A stretch of DNA of 36,622 nt from a virus (Duplodnaviria > Caudoviricetes), in the IMG/VR virus record IMGVR_UViG_3300025015_000075, positions 1 to 36,622 of that record. The stretch is one strand, 5' to 3'. Of the stretch, positions 15,839 through 24,683 are shown piece after piece. The first letter of the stretch is position 1, and each line of letters starts with the position of its first letter. The position numbers and the translations under genes are program-made. The notes below the pieces were generated by a model. The model saw only the letters and a program-made list of their open reading frames with translations. It made no database searches and was not told where the DNA came from.

Positions 15839-16042
15839 CTCACCCCCGCTCCGCTGGCCGCCACGCAAGTTACGGCCAGGGGGGTAGGCAAGGTCGCGGT
15901 TGTGGCTGAATCGTAAGTCAGTCAACCCTACCAAGGAGTTCATTCGGTCGGGCTTTGTCACCATAAATGGGGGGTTAAAGGGCTTACTGTATACCTCGGT
16001 GGGGTACAGCCAGCCTCCCTCCACTTAGCAAAGGATGCATTA

Positions 16043-16834
16043 ATGATCGTAGAGCCATCACCTCATCTCCATGCTGAAATAATCCAGCTACTCAAGGATG
16101 AGCACCAGTTGACTGCTCAGCGTACAGGGATGCACGTGAGCGACCTCACTCACTGCCTCACGAAGTCATACTGGAACCGCGTTGACCCTGCGCCACCCAG
16201 TGACGACGAGGTCCTCTACTGGAGCATCGGCTGGGCAATGGAGCGTGTGCTTATCTCGCGTCTGCACATGGAGCCAATCATCCTGGACGGCATCACGGGT
16301 ACGCCAGACTTCAGCATCGATGGGCTACCTGCTGACCTGAAGACTACACGTATGCCACCTGAGTCTAGCGGTGGATGCCTCGTGTGTGGCGAGCCCTACG
16401 CCGGGCACACAAAGGGTAAGAACGGCCACGCCTATGAGAAGTCGCCGCCTGTGCCCTTCAAGTTGCCAGAGACATGGGTGAGGCAGTTCAAGGCGTATCG
16501 CTACATGCTGAACCGGACGGTCAAGACAGTCAGCTACGAATGGGTGCCGGCAGCGCTATTTGGTACTGAGCGAAAGCCATTGAACCAAAACACCTTTGCC
16601 GTCGTCATCATCCACCTTGTCCAGCCAGCGGTCCAAGTACTCACCCTGCACTTTACAGAGGGCGAGCTTGAATCCCACTGGGCCTGGATGGTAGACCGGA
16701 GCAACGCACTGGAGTCCATGTTGTCGCAGCATGACCCGATGGAGTACATGTGGAATGAGCCCTGGGAGTGCACCAACTGCGCCTACAGCCTGCGCTGTGG
16801 GTTGGCAGCTAGCTTGCAAGGAGTGAGTAAGTGA
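16043..16834 (+). CDS. Cas4-like PD-(D/E)XK exonuclease
   Basis: HVSDLTHC, GTPD, DLKTT, QFKAY, C-terminal CxxCxxxxxC (WECTNCAYSLRC). Confidence 0.85.
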   Translation: MIVEPSPHLHAEIIQLLKDEHQLTAQRTGMHVSDLTHCLTKSYWNRVDPAPPSDDEVLYWSIGWAMERVLISRLHMEPIILDGITGTPDFSIDGLPADLKTTRMPPESSGGCLVCGEPYAGHTKGKNGHAYEKSPPVPFKLPETWVRQFKAYRYMLNRTVKTVSYEWVPAALFGTERKPLNQNTFAVVIIHLVQPAVQVLTLHFTEGELESHWAWMVDRSNALESMLSQHDPMEYMWNEPWECTNCAYSLRCGLAASLQGVSK

Positions 16835-16914
16835 GTTGGCCTGAAGCTCTCGTATACATTGTCTGCATTGCGGCCGGTGCTGCCGTTGTTATTGCATTCA
16901 TGAGGAGTGAGTAA
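16831..16914 (+). CDS. Single-TM micropeptide (27 aa)
   Basis: MSWPEALVYIVCIAAGAAVVIAFMRSE; AAGGAG RBS; flanked by 18-bp direct repeats. Confidence 0.6.
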   Translation: MSWPEALVYIVCIAAGAAVVIAFMRSE

Positions 16915-17718
16915 ATGAGTCGGTTCTTCCTCGTGTTCGGTGAAAACGGTAGTGGTAAGACAACTTTTGCCCTGACCGGCGACAAGCCGATCAATTACTA
17001 CGAGTGGGACAGCGGCTCATGGGAGCGTGCTGCTACCTCGATGAACCTGGGTGAGGGCGACGTCCAGGTACGCCAGTATTACGCACCACTGACCAGTCTG
17101 CTTGACCCGGGACGTGTCTCTGTAGGCGACAGAGGTGGCATCGCGCCTGCTACCGCACACGTACTTGAAGGCTGGAACGACCTATTCTGGGGATTCGTCA
17201 AGGACTACCTGGGCGACCTCAAGGGCGCAGGCTACCCGGTGATTGATACGAGCACGAAGCTCTGGCTCGCTGTACGCCAGGCATTCCTTGAACAAGTACA
17301 ACAGGCTGCCGGCCCTGAGCGTGAGAGGCTCAATGCTCTCCAGTACACGGAGCCGAATGCCCGCATGAGCCAGATAGTCGAAGCTGCCAAGGCGCGAGGG
17401 AAAGACCTAGTGATGCTGGCCCATGAGGGCGAGGTCTACCTCAACGACAAACCCACGGGCATACTCAAACCAGACGGCTTCAAGGAACTGCCCAACATGG
17501 CGGACTGCACGCTGCGGTTCAGCCTGCGCAACAAGAAGCCCCTCGCTGTCATCTACAAGGCAGGCACTGGTGGGCTTGAGCTCGTAGGCCGGGAGATAGA
17601 AGAGCCGACGTTGCCCAACGTGAACGCCCTGCTCGATGCAGCGATTAAGCTGAGACGCGCGGGTATGCCCCTGCCAGGTTCGAATGATGATCTGTTGGCA
17701 CTGGCGGCTGCACTCTAA
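16915..17718 (+). CDS. Sak4-like (AAA_24) ATPase/ssDNA-annealing protein
   Basis: GENGSGKT at the N-terminus, VIDT Walker B, LVMLAHE, MADC motif. Confidence 0.8.
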   Translation: MSRFFLVFGENGSGKTTFALTGDKPINYYEWDSGSWERAATSMNLGEGDVQVRQYYAPLTSLLDPGRVSVGDRGGIAPATAHVLEGWNDLFWGFVKDYLGDLKGAGYPVIDTSTKLWLAVRQAFLEQVQQAAGPERERLNALQYTEPNARMSQIVEAAKARGKDLVMLAHEGEVYLNDKPTGILKPDGFKELPNMADCTLRFSLRNKKPLAVIYKAGTGGLELVGREIEEPTLPNVNALLDAAIKLRRAGMPLPGSNDDLLALAAAL

Positions 17719-17812
17719 TGAGCAGCCACCTTGAACAACACCACCGTTGCACTTCTGAGTCATTAACATGGGTAGAAGATTCTTCTAACCCAGCACAGCC
17801 ATTGATGCTGCA

Positions 17813-18571
17813 ATGATCTATCTCGATACCCACGAGTCCATTGAGCTAGAGCTACTGCTCTCTCAATGCGCGCCGGTGGAGCGCGCCTTACTCAACCCTG
17901 AACGTGGTGACGTGTGGTGGATAGATGCACAGGGCAGGCAGGTCAGCTTCGAGCTCAAACAGAATGGCGAGCTGCTTGGCTCCCTTGAGTCCGTCGAGGA
18001 GCAGTTGGCCCGTGAGATGCAGAACGTGGACTACCTGGGCCTTGGCATTCGTGGCATCATCACGCCCACAGTGAGCGGCTACTGCCAGACCTGGAAGGTG
18101 GCAGACGGCAACCCCAACATCATCCGCAAGGCGCAAGAGTATCGCCATTCATACAAGGGGCTCAGGGCATGGCTGGCGCGACTTCAGGAGTTAGGCATTG
18201 TGGTCATTGAGACGCCAGATGTCCACTCCATGGCCATCGCCCTTATTGCCCAGTATGAGAACTCGCTCAAGGCCGAGCAGGACCACCACACCTTCAAGCG
18301 CCTCATCACTACGAAGGCGTGGATCGCCGAGCTGGACACAGACAAGGCGCGCTTTACTAAGCAGCTCATGGCCATCGTGCCCGGCTGCGGTGAAGACATA
18401 GGTCTCGCGCTAGCTGACGTGTTCCCAGACCTCGCCACACTGCTCAATATCGTGGAGAGTGGCGCTGAGGATAAGGTGGCAGGCGTGCCCTTAAGGTTGA
18501 AGGAAGGGGTGCGCGGACGTACAGTGGGGCCGGCGTTTGTAAAGTCACTGAAGCGCGAGGTTGGACTATGA
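17813..18571 (+). CDS. ERCC4-family nuclease (probable resolvase) with HhH
   Basis: IYLDTHE, GDVW, FELKQ..ELLGS, HhH-like VPGCGEDIG and TVGP. Confidence 0.8.
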   Translation: MIYLDTHESIELELLLSQCAPVERALLNPERGDVWWIDAQGRQVSFELKQNGELLGSLESVEEQLAREMQNVDYLGLGIRGIITPTVSGYCQTWKVADGNPNIIRKAQEYRHSYKGLRAWLARLQELGIVVIETPDVHSMAIALIAQYENSLKAEQDHHTFKRLITTKAWIAELDTDKARFTKQLMAIVPGCGEDIGLALADVFPDLATLLNIVESGAEDKVAGVPLRLKEGVRGRTVGPAFVKSLKREVGL

Positions 18572-18834
18572 ACACTCGGCGTGGGTTTCTTAAAGGACTG
18601 GTTGGGCTGCCTGTGGCTTATGTTGTGGGGGCTGGTTTCACTGCCGAGCAGCCACCTACCCTACACAAAATAGGCAAGATAGCTGCTCGCTTTCGAATTG
18701 ATGGGGGTGAATGGCAAGAGGTAAGCATCCCTATCATGGCCGACACGGCAGGACACCACACTGCAGACCTTGACTACATCTATGTGGAGATCACTCCAGA
18801 CTTGAACTTGCGCTCAATGGGATTCAAGCCATGA
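18568..18834 (+). CDS. Small protein with twin-arginine-like N-terminus
   Basis: MNTRRGFLKGLVGLPVAYVVG. Confidence 0.7.
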   Translation: MNTRRGFLKGLVGLPVAYVVGAGFTAEQPPTLHKIGKIAARFRIDGGEWQEVSIPIMADTAGHHTADLDYIYVEITPDLNLRSMGFKP

Positions 18835-19115
18835 ACACTGCCACTCAAGAGTTGGTCGTCAACAAGGCAGGCCAAGAGCGCATACGCAGGACAGCAGTAT
18901 GCTCGACTCACGACCAGCGCAGCCACCAGTTCGTAGGCCCTGTCGCGCTCGGCTGGATGTTCGAATGTAGCGAGAACAGTGTCCACATGCGTCACTACTT
19001 CGTTGTTCACCCACCCAAGGACGCGCCCAGGACCGAGGCTGATATCGTCTTGTGGCTGGAGAGCAAACGCCAAGCTCGCATTAATAGTAAGGAAGTGAGG
19101 AAGCGCGGTGCCTGA
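18831..19115 (+). CDS. Hypothetical protein
   Basis: ATGA coupling. Confidence 0.7.
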   Translation: MNTATQELVVNKAGQERIRRTAVCSTHDQRSHQFVGPVALGWMFECSENSVHMRHYFVVHPPKDAPRTEADIVLWLESKRQARINSKEVRKRGA

Positions 19116-19284
19116 AATAGTAACTGATTGGTGTACGGTCTGTGCATATCCTAAGCCTACAAGCTGCGTAGTCTTCAATGACGAGCACGTTTGTATCGCC
19201 TGCATCCAGGATGCATGTGAGCTACTCGGCATCTCCCTTTCTGTGCCAGACGAGCCAGAAGAAGCCGAACTCGTAGAAGCATGA
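19108..19284 (+). CDS. C4 Zn-finger protein (58 aa)
   Basis: Manual translation ...WCTVC...HVCIACIQDACELL; GAGGA RBS. Confidence 0.65.
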   Translation: MPEIVTDWCTVCAYPKPTSCVVFNDEHVCIACIQDACELLGISLSVPDEPEEAELVEA

Positions 19285-19520
19285 GCTGCGCCCATCATGT
19301 TGCCACTCAGATGATTCAGCGCAGGCTTTCCATATGGCAACCCGCTTCATGGACCCAGGACGGAAAGTTCGTCAAGTACATAGGTCAACCAGTCCGGAAG
19401 TGGCAATATCTAAACTCTTGTGAACACTGGGTTTGGGAAGATGCCAATCACTGTGGTGAATGTGGCAGTATTTGTGATGTCCAAGGCGGGCCACCTCATT
19501 TGAGAGGAAAGAATAATTGA
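19281..19520 (+). CDS. Hypothetical protein
   Basis: ATGA coupling; CEHW...CGECG. Confidence 0.6.
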   Translation: MSCAHHVATQMIQRRLSIWQPASWTQDGKFVKYIGQPVRKWQYLNSCEHWVWEDANHCGECGSICDVQGGPPHLRGKNN

Positions 19521-19717
19521 CCACTCATATGAACTGCGCCCATCATTGGGTACTCGCCACACCCGCTGGCCCCATGGTTCATGGCGTCTGTGTGCTCTGT
19601 GGAGCTGAGCGCGATTACCCTACGACCATGGACAGCGACGACTGGAAGGATGTGCGTAACAAGGGCCGTGCTGCCGCGAAGTTGGCAAGAGAGCGCAAGC
19701 AATTCGAGTTGGGCTAG
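19517..19717 (+). CDS. Small Zn-ribbon protein (CAHHW...GVCxxCG)
   Basis: Start 19517 or 19529. Confidence 0.75.
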   Translation: MTTHMNCAHHWVLATPAGPMVHGVCVLCGAERDYPTTMDSDDWKDVRNKGRAAAKLARERKQFELG

Positions 19718-19722
19718 AGCGC

Positions 19723-19761
19723 CTGGAACCCAGGTTCCAGACCTCCTGGATGTGATATAGT
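19723..19761 (+). promoter_or_regulatory. Extended -10 promoter with upstream palindrome
   Basis: TGaTATAGT 19753-19761; ctggaacc-ca-ggttccag 19723-19740. Confidence 0.6.
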
Positions 19762-19837
19762 CAGCAAGTCGAGGGTGGCTCGACGGAACGGAAGGGGCTG
19801 CCAAGCGGTGGCCTCTTCGCTTATAGAAAGGGACAGA

Positions 19838-20284
19838 GTGAACACAAGCAGAATATCGAGATCGCAACGGTTCACAGTGCTCTTCAGGGACAAGTTCACC
19901 TGCCAGTATTGTGGACGTAAGGCACCAGATGTCATATTGCAGATTGACCACAAGGTCCCGCATCTCCTCGGAGGCGCAGATAGACTGGAGAACCTAGTCA
20001 CCGCCTGTGAGGACTGCAATCAAGGCAAGGGCACACTGGAGATAATCGCGGACCCGCCGCCGGCTTATGTTACGCCGGTAAGTCTGACACCTGAGCAACT
20101 AGAGCGCCTTGAAGCTGTACCCAGCAGCACTGTTTCAACTGAAGAAGTCATGCGCCTGCGCACTGTAAGTGGGTCATGGACTCGCAAGACACTGGAATCA
20201 TGGGACGTGCCATGGCCACCGCCGCGAGGATGGAAGGCCAAGCTTACTGGTGAGATGGACCCGCCAAGCGAAGCTGTGCCATAG
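19838..20284 (+). CDS. HNH endonuclease fused to small C-terminal WT..L..W.VPWPPP.GW domain
   Basis: RFTVLFRDKFTCQYCG...IDHKVP..GG...NLVTACEDCNQGK; AAAGGGA RBS before GTG 19838. Confidence 0.9.
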   Translation: MNTSRISRSQRFTVLFRDKFTCQYCGRKAPDVILQIDHKVPHLLGGADRLENLVTACEDCNQGKGTLEIIADPPPAYVTPVSLTPEQLERLEAVPSSTVSTEEVMRLRTVSGSWTRKTLESWDVPWPPPRGWKAKLTGEMDPPSEAVP

Positions 20285-20352
20285 GCTTTGCGCAGTCCCC
20301 TTCCGTTCCTTCCTGGTGGGGGGTCCGACTGCGGCGTTAGCCGCGCGAAGAG

Positions 20353-20526
20353 CTAAGTTGACTGTCCACTCTTGAACAGGAACGCTGTGAGGGTGAGGAA
20401 GTTGCCGATGCACATCATGATCACGGCAACCTGGTCACCGGTGAAGCTGACGACGCCGGCTATCTCCAGCACGGGGAACACGCTCTGTACGAAGGCGATG
20501 ATGGCGGCTCTTAGTTTGTCATTCAT
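20353..20526 (-). CDS. Holin (2 TM)
   Basis: MNDKLRAAIIAFVQSVFP...; ATGA-coupled to endolysin. Confidence 0.7.
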   Translation of the reverse strand: MNDKLRAAIIAFVQSVFPVLEIAGVVSFTGDQVAVIMMCIGNFLTLTAFLFKSGQST

Positions 20527-21146
20527 CCGTTTGCTCTCCTGTTCCAGTCTGCAATGATGGCCCTCTGCCAATCTACGAGGTCGGCCAGGTTCCAGCCTTG
20601 AGTGAGAAAGTGGCCAAGGTCTATTACGGTCTTGAGCTCTTCGAGTATGGATGATTCCATGGGCGCTGTGAGCCCATTGAGTAGCCTGTTCCAGTCGAAG
20701 AGGGCACCTGGGTCACTCTTACCTACGCGCTTGCCTTGGGGGGTCTCCTGGTGGCCTATGAAGCCGTGCATGAAGTGTTGTATTGGTACGCCAAAGTCCT
20801 CGACGTAGCCTCTGCACACGGCGACCAGGGCGTCCATCTGCGCATCCGTGAAGCCGTCGCTCTCTACGCCCTGTTCAAGCTCTATGCCCCAGTGAGTGGC
20901 GTTGTGCTCACCCGCGTGCCAGGCCACAAGGTCGTCGGCTACTATGCGTGCCTTGGTGCCATCGCGCCCAATGACCCAGTGCGAGCTGACCTGAGCGGCT
21001 GGGTTCTTGAACCAGTTGAGCGCGCCCTCGAACTCACTGGGGTTCATAGAGACGCTACTGCGTGTGGAGTGAATAACTACGCCCTGCCCACTGGGCTTCA
21101 TGTGAGAGAAATGGGGTGTAGTGCTTACGACGTCAGGGGTTATCAC
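20523..21146 (-). CDS. Endolysin, N-acetylmuramoyl-L-alanine amidase (Amidase_2)
   Basis: VVIHST, SSHWVI, AWHAG..N, GIELE, IGHQE, KSDPG. Confidence 0.92.
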   Translation of the reverse strand: MITPDVVSTTPHFSHMKPSGQGVVIHSTRSSVSMNPSEFEGALNWFKNPAAQVSSHWVIGRDGTKARIVADDLVAWHAGEHNATHWGIELEQGVESDGFTDAQMDALVAVCRGYVEDFGVPIQHFMHGFIGHQETPQGKRVGKSDPGALFDWNRLLNGLTAPMESSILEELKTVIDLGHFLTQGWNLADLVDWQRAIIADWNRRANG

Positions 21147-21466
21147 GTGGAAATCTCCTCTGGTAAGCCTAGTTTGCCCTCGATGCGAGCTAGGCGTTGG
21201 GCGATAACTGAGCGCGCATTTACAGCTTCAGTGTAATGGGCCTCCACCTTGTCGCTCAGTGCATTCTGGGCAGAGTCGTGTCTTGCGAGCTCGGCGCGCA
21301 GCGTGCCTGCGCGTGGGTCGCTCTCTGCGCCAATGGACATTTCCACGCGCTCGACAGCGGCGAGTACATGGGCAACCTTGCGCACGATGTAGTAGACACC
21401 GCCGATGAATGACGCTGCAAGGGTGAGCACTTCAATGACCACTCGCACAATCTCAAGGTCTGTCAT
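21143..21466 (-). CDS. Membrane protein (TM + coiled coil), lysis module
   Basis: N-terminal TM; C-terminal LARIEGKL. Confidence 0.7.
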   Translation of the reverse strand: MTDLEIVRVVIEVLTLAASFIGGVYYIVRKVAHVLAAVERVEMSIGAESDPRAGTLRAELARHDSAQNALSDKVEAHYTEAVNARSVIAQRLARIEGKLGLPEEIST

Positions 21467-24400
21467 GCGGTTGCTCCCGGTACAACGCGGAATGTAATCA
21501 CGGCACTCTCTATCTCCTGCCAGTCACTCAACGTGGTTGAGCTACGTGGCTTAAACTTGATCTGCGTGCGCTCAGGGAGCCAGGCCATGGGCTTATCGTA
21601 CCCTGCGCCCAGCAATCGCTGCACGTTCTTCGTGTTCTGCAAGGTCGCAAGTCGGCTAAGGATGTTCTGCAAGGGCTCGTGCTGTTGGTCAGCGGGCAGA
21701 ACGAAGCTGACTTCTTCGTAGGCCGGCCACTGGCTAACGAAGGTGAAGAGCACGGGTAGCAGGTTAGGCGTCTCAGCGCTTGCTGCCTCATGGTCGCCTA
21801 TAAGCCTGATGCAGAGCGTGTCGAAGGTCACGCCGGGGTCAAGGCTGGTCTTGATGGTGGAGTCCACAAACGTTTCAGCTACCGCGTTGAAGGTGATGTC
21901 TACTTCGGCGCTGGTGATGGCGGTGTCGCGCCCGGTGTCCACGAGCACACGCAGGGAGCCGTAGCTCGTGTCGTCGTCTATCCGTAGTGACTGGCACGTC
22001 ACCTGGGTTAACGTCTTGAGCATCTCTGGTGGGCCACAGTCGAGCTGTACGACCTGCACATAGAGTGGCCCATCCTGTTTGACTACAGCAGTGTTGGTTA
22101 GGTGTGGGTCGTTAAAGGGGTCAGGTGGCACAAATTCACGGGTCACACTCAGTGATGTTGCGTCTACAGGTATGAAGCGATAAACAAATCCTTGCCCTGC
22201 TGGGTAAGGCGTTTCAGCCCAGTAGAGAGGTGTAATGAGATTGTAGCTTTGCGCTTTAGACTGCTGCGCCCAACTCGCGTGCCATTTGCCATCATGGTAG
22301 AGCCAGCGCTGAGGATCGAGCCCGCAAGTGTCTACGATGAGCACATCGTTAACTGCGAACATCTGGGTAATCTTGGTTGCGACTGAACCACTTGATGGAT
22401 GGTTCACAACTGCAGGAAAGCCTAAGTCTCTGGATAAGCCGTCAGAGCCAACAATCACAACTTGATTGTAGTTGTTGGATTTGCCTCCACCAGCTACGGC
22501 GACGCCACCAAGGTACGGGCAGGCAAGTCCTGCATAGCTTAGTCCAGTTTCTGGGTAGCTGATGGAGCCCACTCCTACGCTGGCGATGTCAAAGTAGGCA
22601 AGTACGCGCTTTTCAGTGATGGCCGTGGGGTCGTTAGTGCGCTCGGGCACGATGCCTACGATGCGATGGGAGTTGTTGGGTAGGGTAAAGAATGGCCCGC
22701 CGCCAGTGGGAAAGCTCAGCACACTCAGCGGCATGTACCAATAGACCGTGATGCTGATGTGGTCGAAGGTCAGCGCGTTCGCGTCGAGGTTGGCTTGCAC
22801 GATGAGGCCGAATCCTGGGTTGTTGATGTTCGCTGCCGTCCATGTCGTGCCCCATACGTCGGTGGCAGAGCCGTAGCTTACGGACTCGTCGGTAGTGCTG
22901 TACTCTAGATTGTTCGATTGCTGCTTGTTGTCGCCCACGGCGGTGAACGCCTGCATGAGCTGGATTGTCGAATCGTCCGCGTTGCCAGCGGCGTTACTCT
23001 CGGCTCGCTCTACGGTGGCGACGATGCCGCTGATGATGGCGTTGCGTGGCAGGCTAAACCCGTAGCCGTAGGTCCATATTTGCGTAGTCACGTCATCTGC
23101 GCCCGCGCCCGTTTGCCAGGTGGCGGTCGTGTCCGCGTCATCACTGGCGGTGATGTTGCTCAGGCTGACGAAGTATTCGCTTTGGGCTGTACGCTGTGTG
23201 TAGTTACCCACGGATTTGGTGACAGACTGAAGAGTAAGGCCGCGCTGATACCAGACTGTGAGCGCGATGGCGTCTACACTTATTGTGGCATTGCCGCCCG
23301 TTGCACCTGATTTCTCGAAGGCCACACCTACACCAAAGTCAGCATCGTTGACGATGGTGGGAGTAAGCGCCTCGCCCCACATTGAAGTCTGTCCACCAAA
23401 TACACTAGCTTGCACGACATCTGTAATAGGCGTCACGTCTGGCGGTGAGCCTATAGCTTGATCCTCACCGAAGAGTGCTGCACTGGCATTGAACAGGCGC
23501 ACGCTTTTGTAGTTCATATCGGCAAGGTTGCCGGCAGCGGGAGTATCTGACTTGGCAAACACCATGCACTCAACACCCACTACAAGGTCAGTAGACGCCA
23601 ATGCGAAGCCAAACGTGTCGGCGTAGAGATAATTGCTAACTTCGTTGTCATCCAGTAGCACGGTGGCGAAGCTGCCATCTAGTCCGCTGTTGATGTTCGT
23701 AGGGTTAGACCAGGCAATGGTGCCGATGCCTGTATTGTTCGCGCCCACGGTGGCGAAGGTCTGGTTAGTCGCGTAAGTCGTACTGGTGGGATTAACGCTC
23801 GTGCTCAGGTCAAAGGGCGTGGGCATCGTGAGTAGGGCGTCAGTGTCGTAGACGTAGCCCACCATGTTGATGCCGCTAAACGTGCCGATAAGCACATTGA
23901 TACTCAGGTCACGAATGTAGAGTAGACCCCAGCATGAATCGCCACTGGTGTAGGTGAATATCTGCGTCCAGGTGATACTGTTAGCCGTGGGGTCAGTTGT
24001 GCCGCGCACACCATCAGTCGTGCCGTCCATCGCGCCGATGGTTAGGCAGCGCGTGGAGTTGAACTTACAGTCACCTATCGCGCCCACATTATCAGTGATG
24101 TTGTCGTTTGTTGAAGGAACAATGAGCACGGGGCTAGACGTGCTCGTGTCTTTGACTAGGTAAGGGCCAAGACAAGCATACCAGCGCTGATTGTAGTTAA
24201 TGCCATGGACTCGCTTGTTAGCGGCGTTGTATCCACTAAAGTCAGCAGAGATGAGCGTAGTCTGATTGGTCGCTTTATAGGGCAATGCAGCAACTCCTGG
24301 CACATGACACTGAATGCCCTCGTTGTACCAGACGTGATGTTTATCCTTGCGCCAGTCGCCAATCGTAGCTGAGTCCCACAGGCCGCCACTGAGGTCGTCA

Positions 24401-24564
24401 ATAACCAGGGTGTTAATGCCTACGCGGGAGTCATGCTGTGCGTCCTGGAAGTGGCGTGGGGGGAACTGCTCGACATAGCGTAGGGGGTTAACGGCGCTGG
24501 CCTTGAAGTTGACCGCGCTGGTAGTTGTGCCCCACTCGATGTTGACTGACGGCTCATTAGCCAA
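21463..24564 (-). CDS. Probable tail nozzle/tubular protein B-like with inserted duplicated beta-sandwich
   Basis: 1033 aa, beta-rich; follows the adaptor-like gene; two internal homologous ~150-aa domains. Confidence 0.6.
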   Translation of the reverse strand: MANEPSVNIEWGTTTSAVNFKASAVNPLRYVEQFPPRHFQDAQHDSRVGINTLVIDDLSGGLWDSATIGDWRKDKHHVWYNEGIQCHVPGVAALPYKATNQTTLISADFSGYNAANKRVHGINYNQRWYACLGPYLVKDTSTSSPVLIVPSTNDNITDNVGAIGDCKFNSTRCLTIGAMDGTTDGVRGTTDPTANSITWTQIFTYTSGDSCWGLLYIRDLSINVLIGTFSGINMVGYVYDTDALLTMPTPFDLSTSVNPTSTTYATNQTFATVGANNTGIGTIAWSNPTNINSGLDGSFATVLLDDNEVSNYLYADTFGFALASTDLVVGVECMVFAKSDTPAAGNLADMNYKSVRLFNASAALFGEDQAIGSPPDVTPITDVVQASVFGGQTSMWGEALTPTIVNDADFGVGVAFEKSGATGGNATISVDAIALTVWYQRGLTLQSVTKSVGNYTQRTAQSEYFVSLSNITASDDADTTATWQTGAGADDVTTQIWTYGYGFSLPRNAIISGIVATVERAESNAAGNADDSTIQLMQAFTAVGDNKQQSNNLEYSTTDESVSYGSATDVWGTTWTAANINNPGFGLIVQANLDANALTFDHISITVYWYMPLSVLSFPTGGGPFFTLPNNSHRIVGIVPERTNDPTAITEKRVLAYFDIASVGVGSISYPETGLSYAGLACPYLGGVAVAGGGKSNNYNQVVIVGSDGLSRDLGFPAVVNHPSSGSVATKITQMFAVNDVLIVDTCGLDPQRWLYHDGKWHASWAQQSKAQSYNLITPLYWAETPYPAGQGFVYRFIPVDATSLSVTREFVPPDPFNDPHLTNTAVVKQDGPLYVQVVQLDCGPPEMLKTLTQVTCQSLRIDDDTSYGSLRVLVDTGRDTAITSAEVDITFNAVAETFVDSTIKTSLDPGVTFDTLCIRLIGDHEAASAETPNLLPVLFTFVSQWPAYEEVSFVLPADQQHEPLQNILSRLATLQNTKNVQRLLGAGYDKPMAWLPERTQIKFKPRSSTTLSDWQEIESAVITFRVVPGATA

Positions 24565-24683
24565 GTGTGATATACTCCCTTTGTTGCGCGAGGGTGAAAT
24601 CTATGGCTGTGAACATAGTCGAGTAGTCCTCTACTTCACAGGCGCAACCACGGGGCGGCACCGTATGGTGGCCGCTCCTCCAT

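Noticed and set aside
15839-16042. tRNA gene
   Set aside because: No cloverleaf or T-loop GTTCRA found; kept only as a generic structured region.
16043-16834. CRISPR-Cas system suggested by the Cas4-like gene
   Set aside because: No array or other cas genes; context is a standard phage SSB/exonuclease/Sak4 recombination module.
19775-19837. N-terminal extension of the HNH from GTG 19775
   Set aside because: No RBS and it lies within the 5' hairpins; GTG 19838 has AAAGGGA.
24570-24683. Known riboswitch/ribozyme assignment (c-di-GMP-II, ZTP, hammerhead)
   Set aside because: Only fragmentary motif resemblance; core conserved nucleotides not found by eye.
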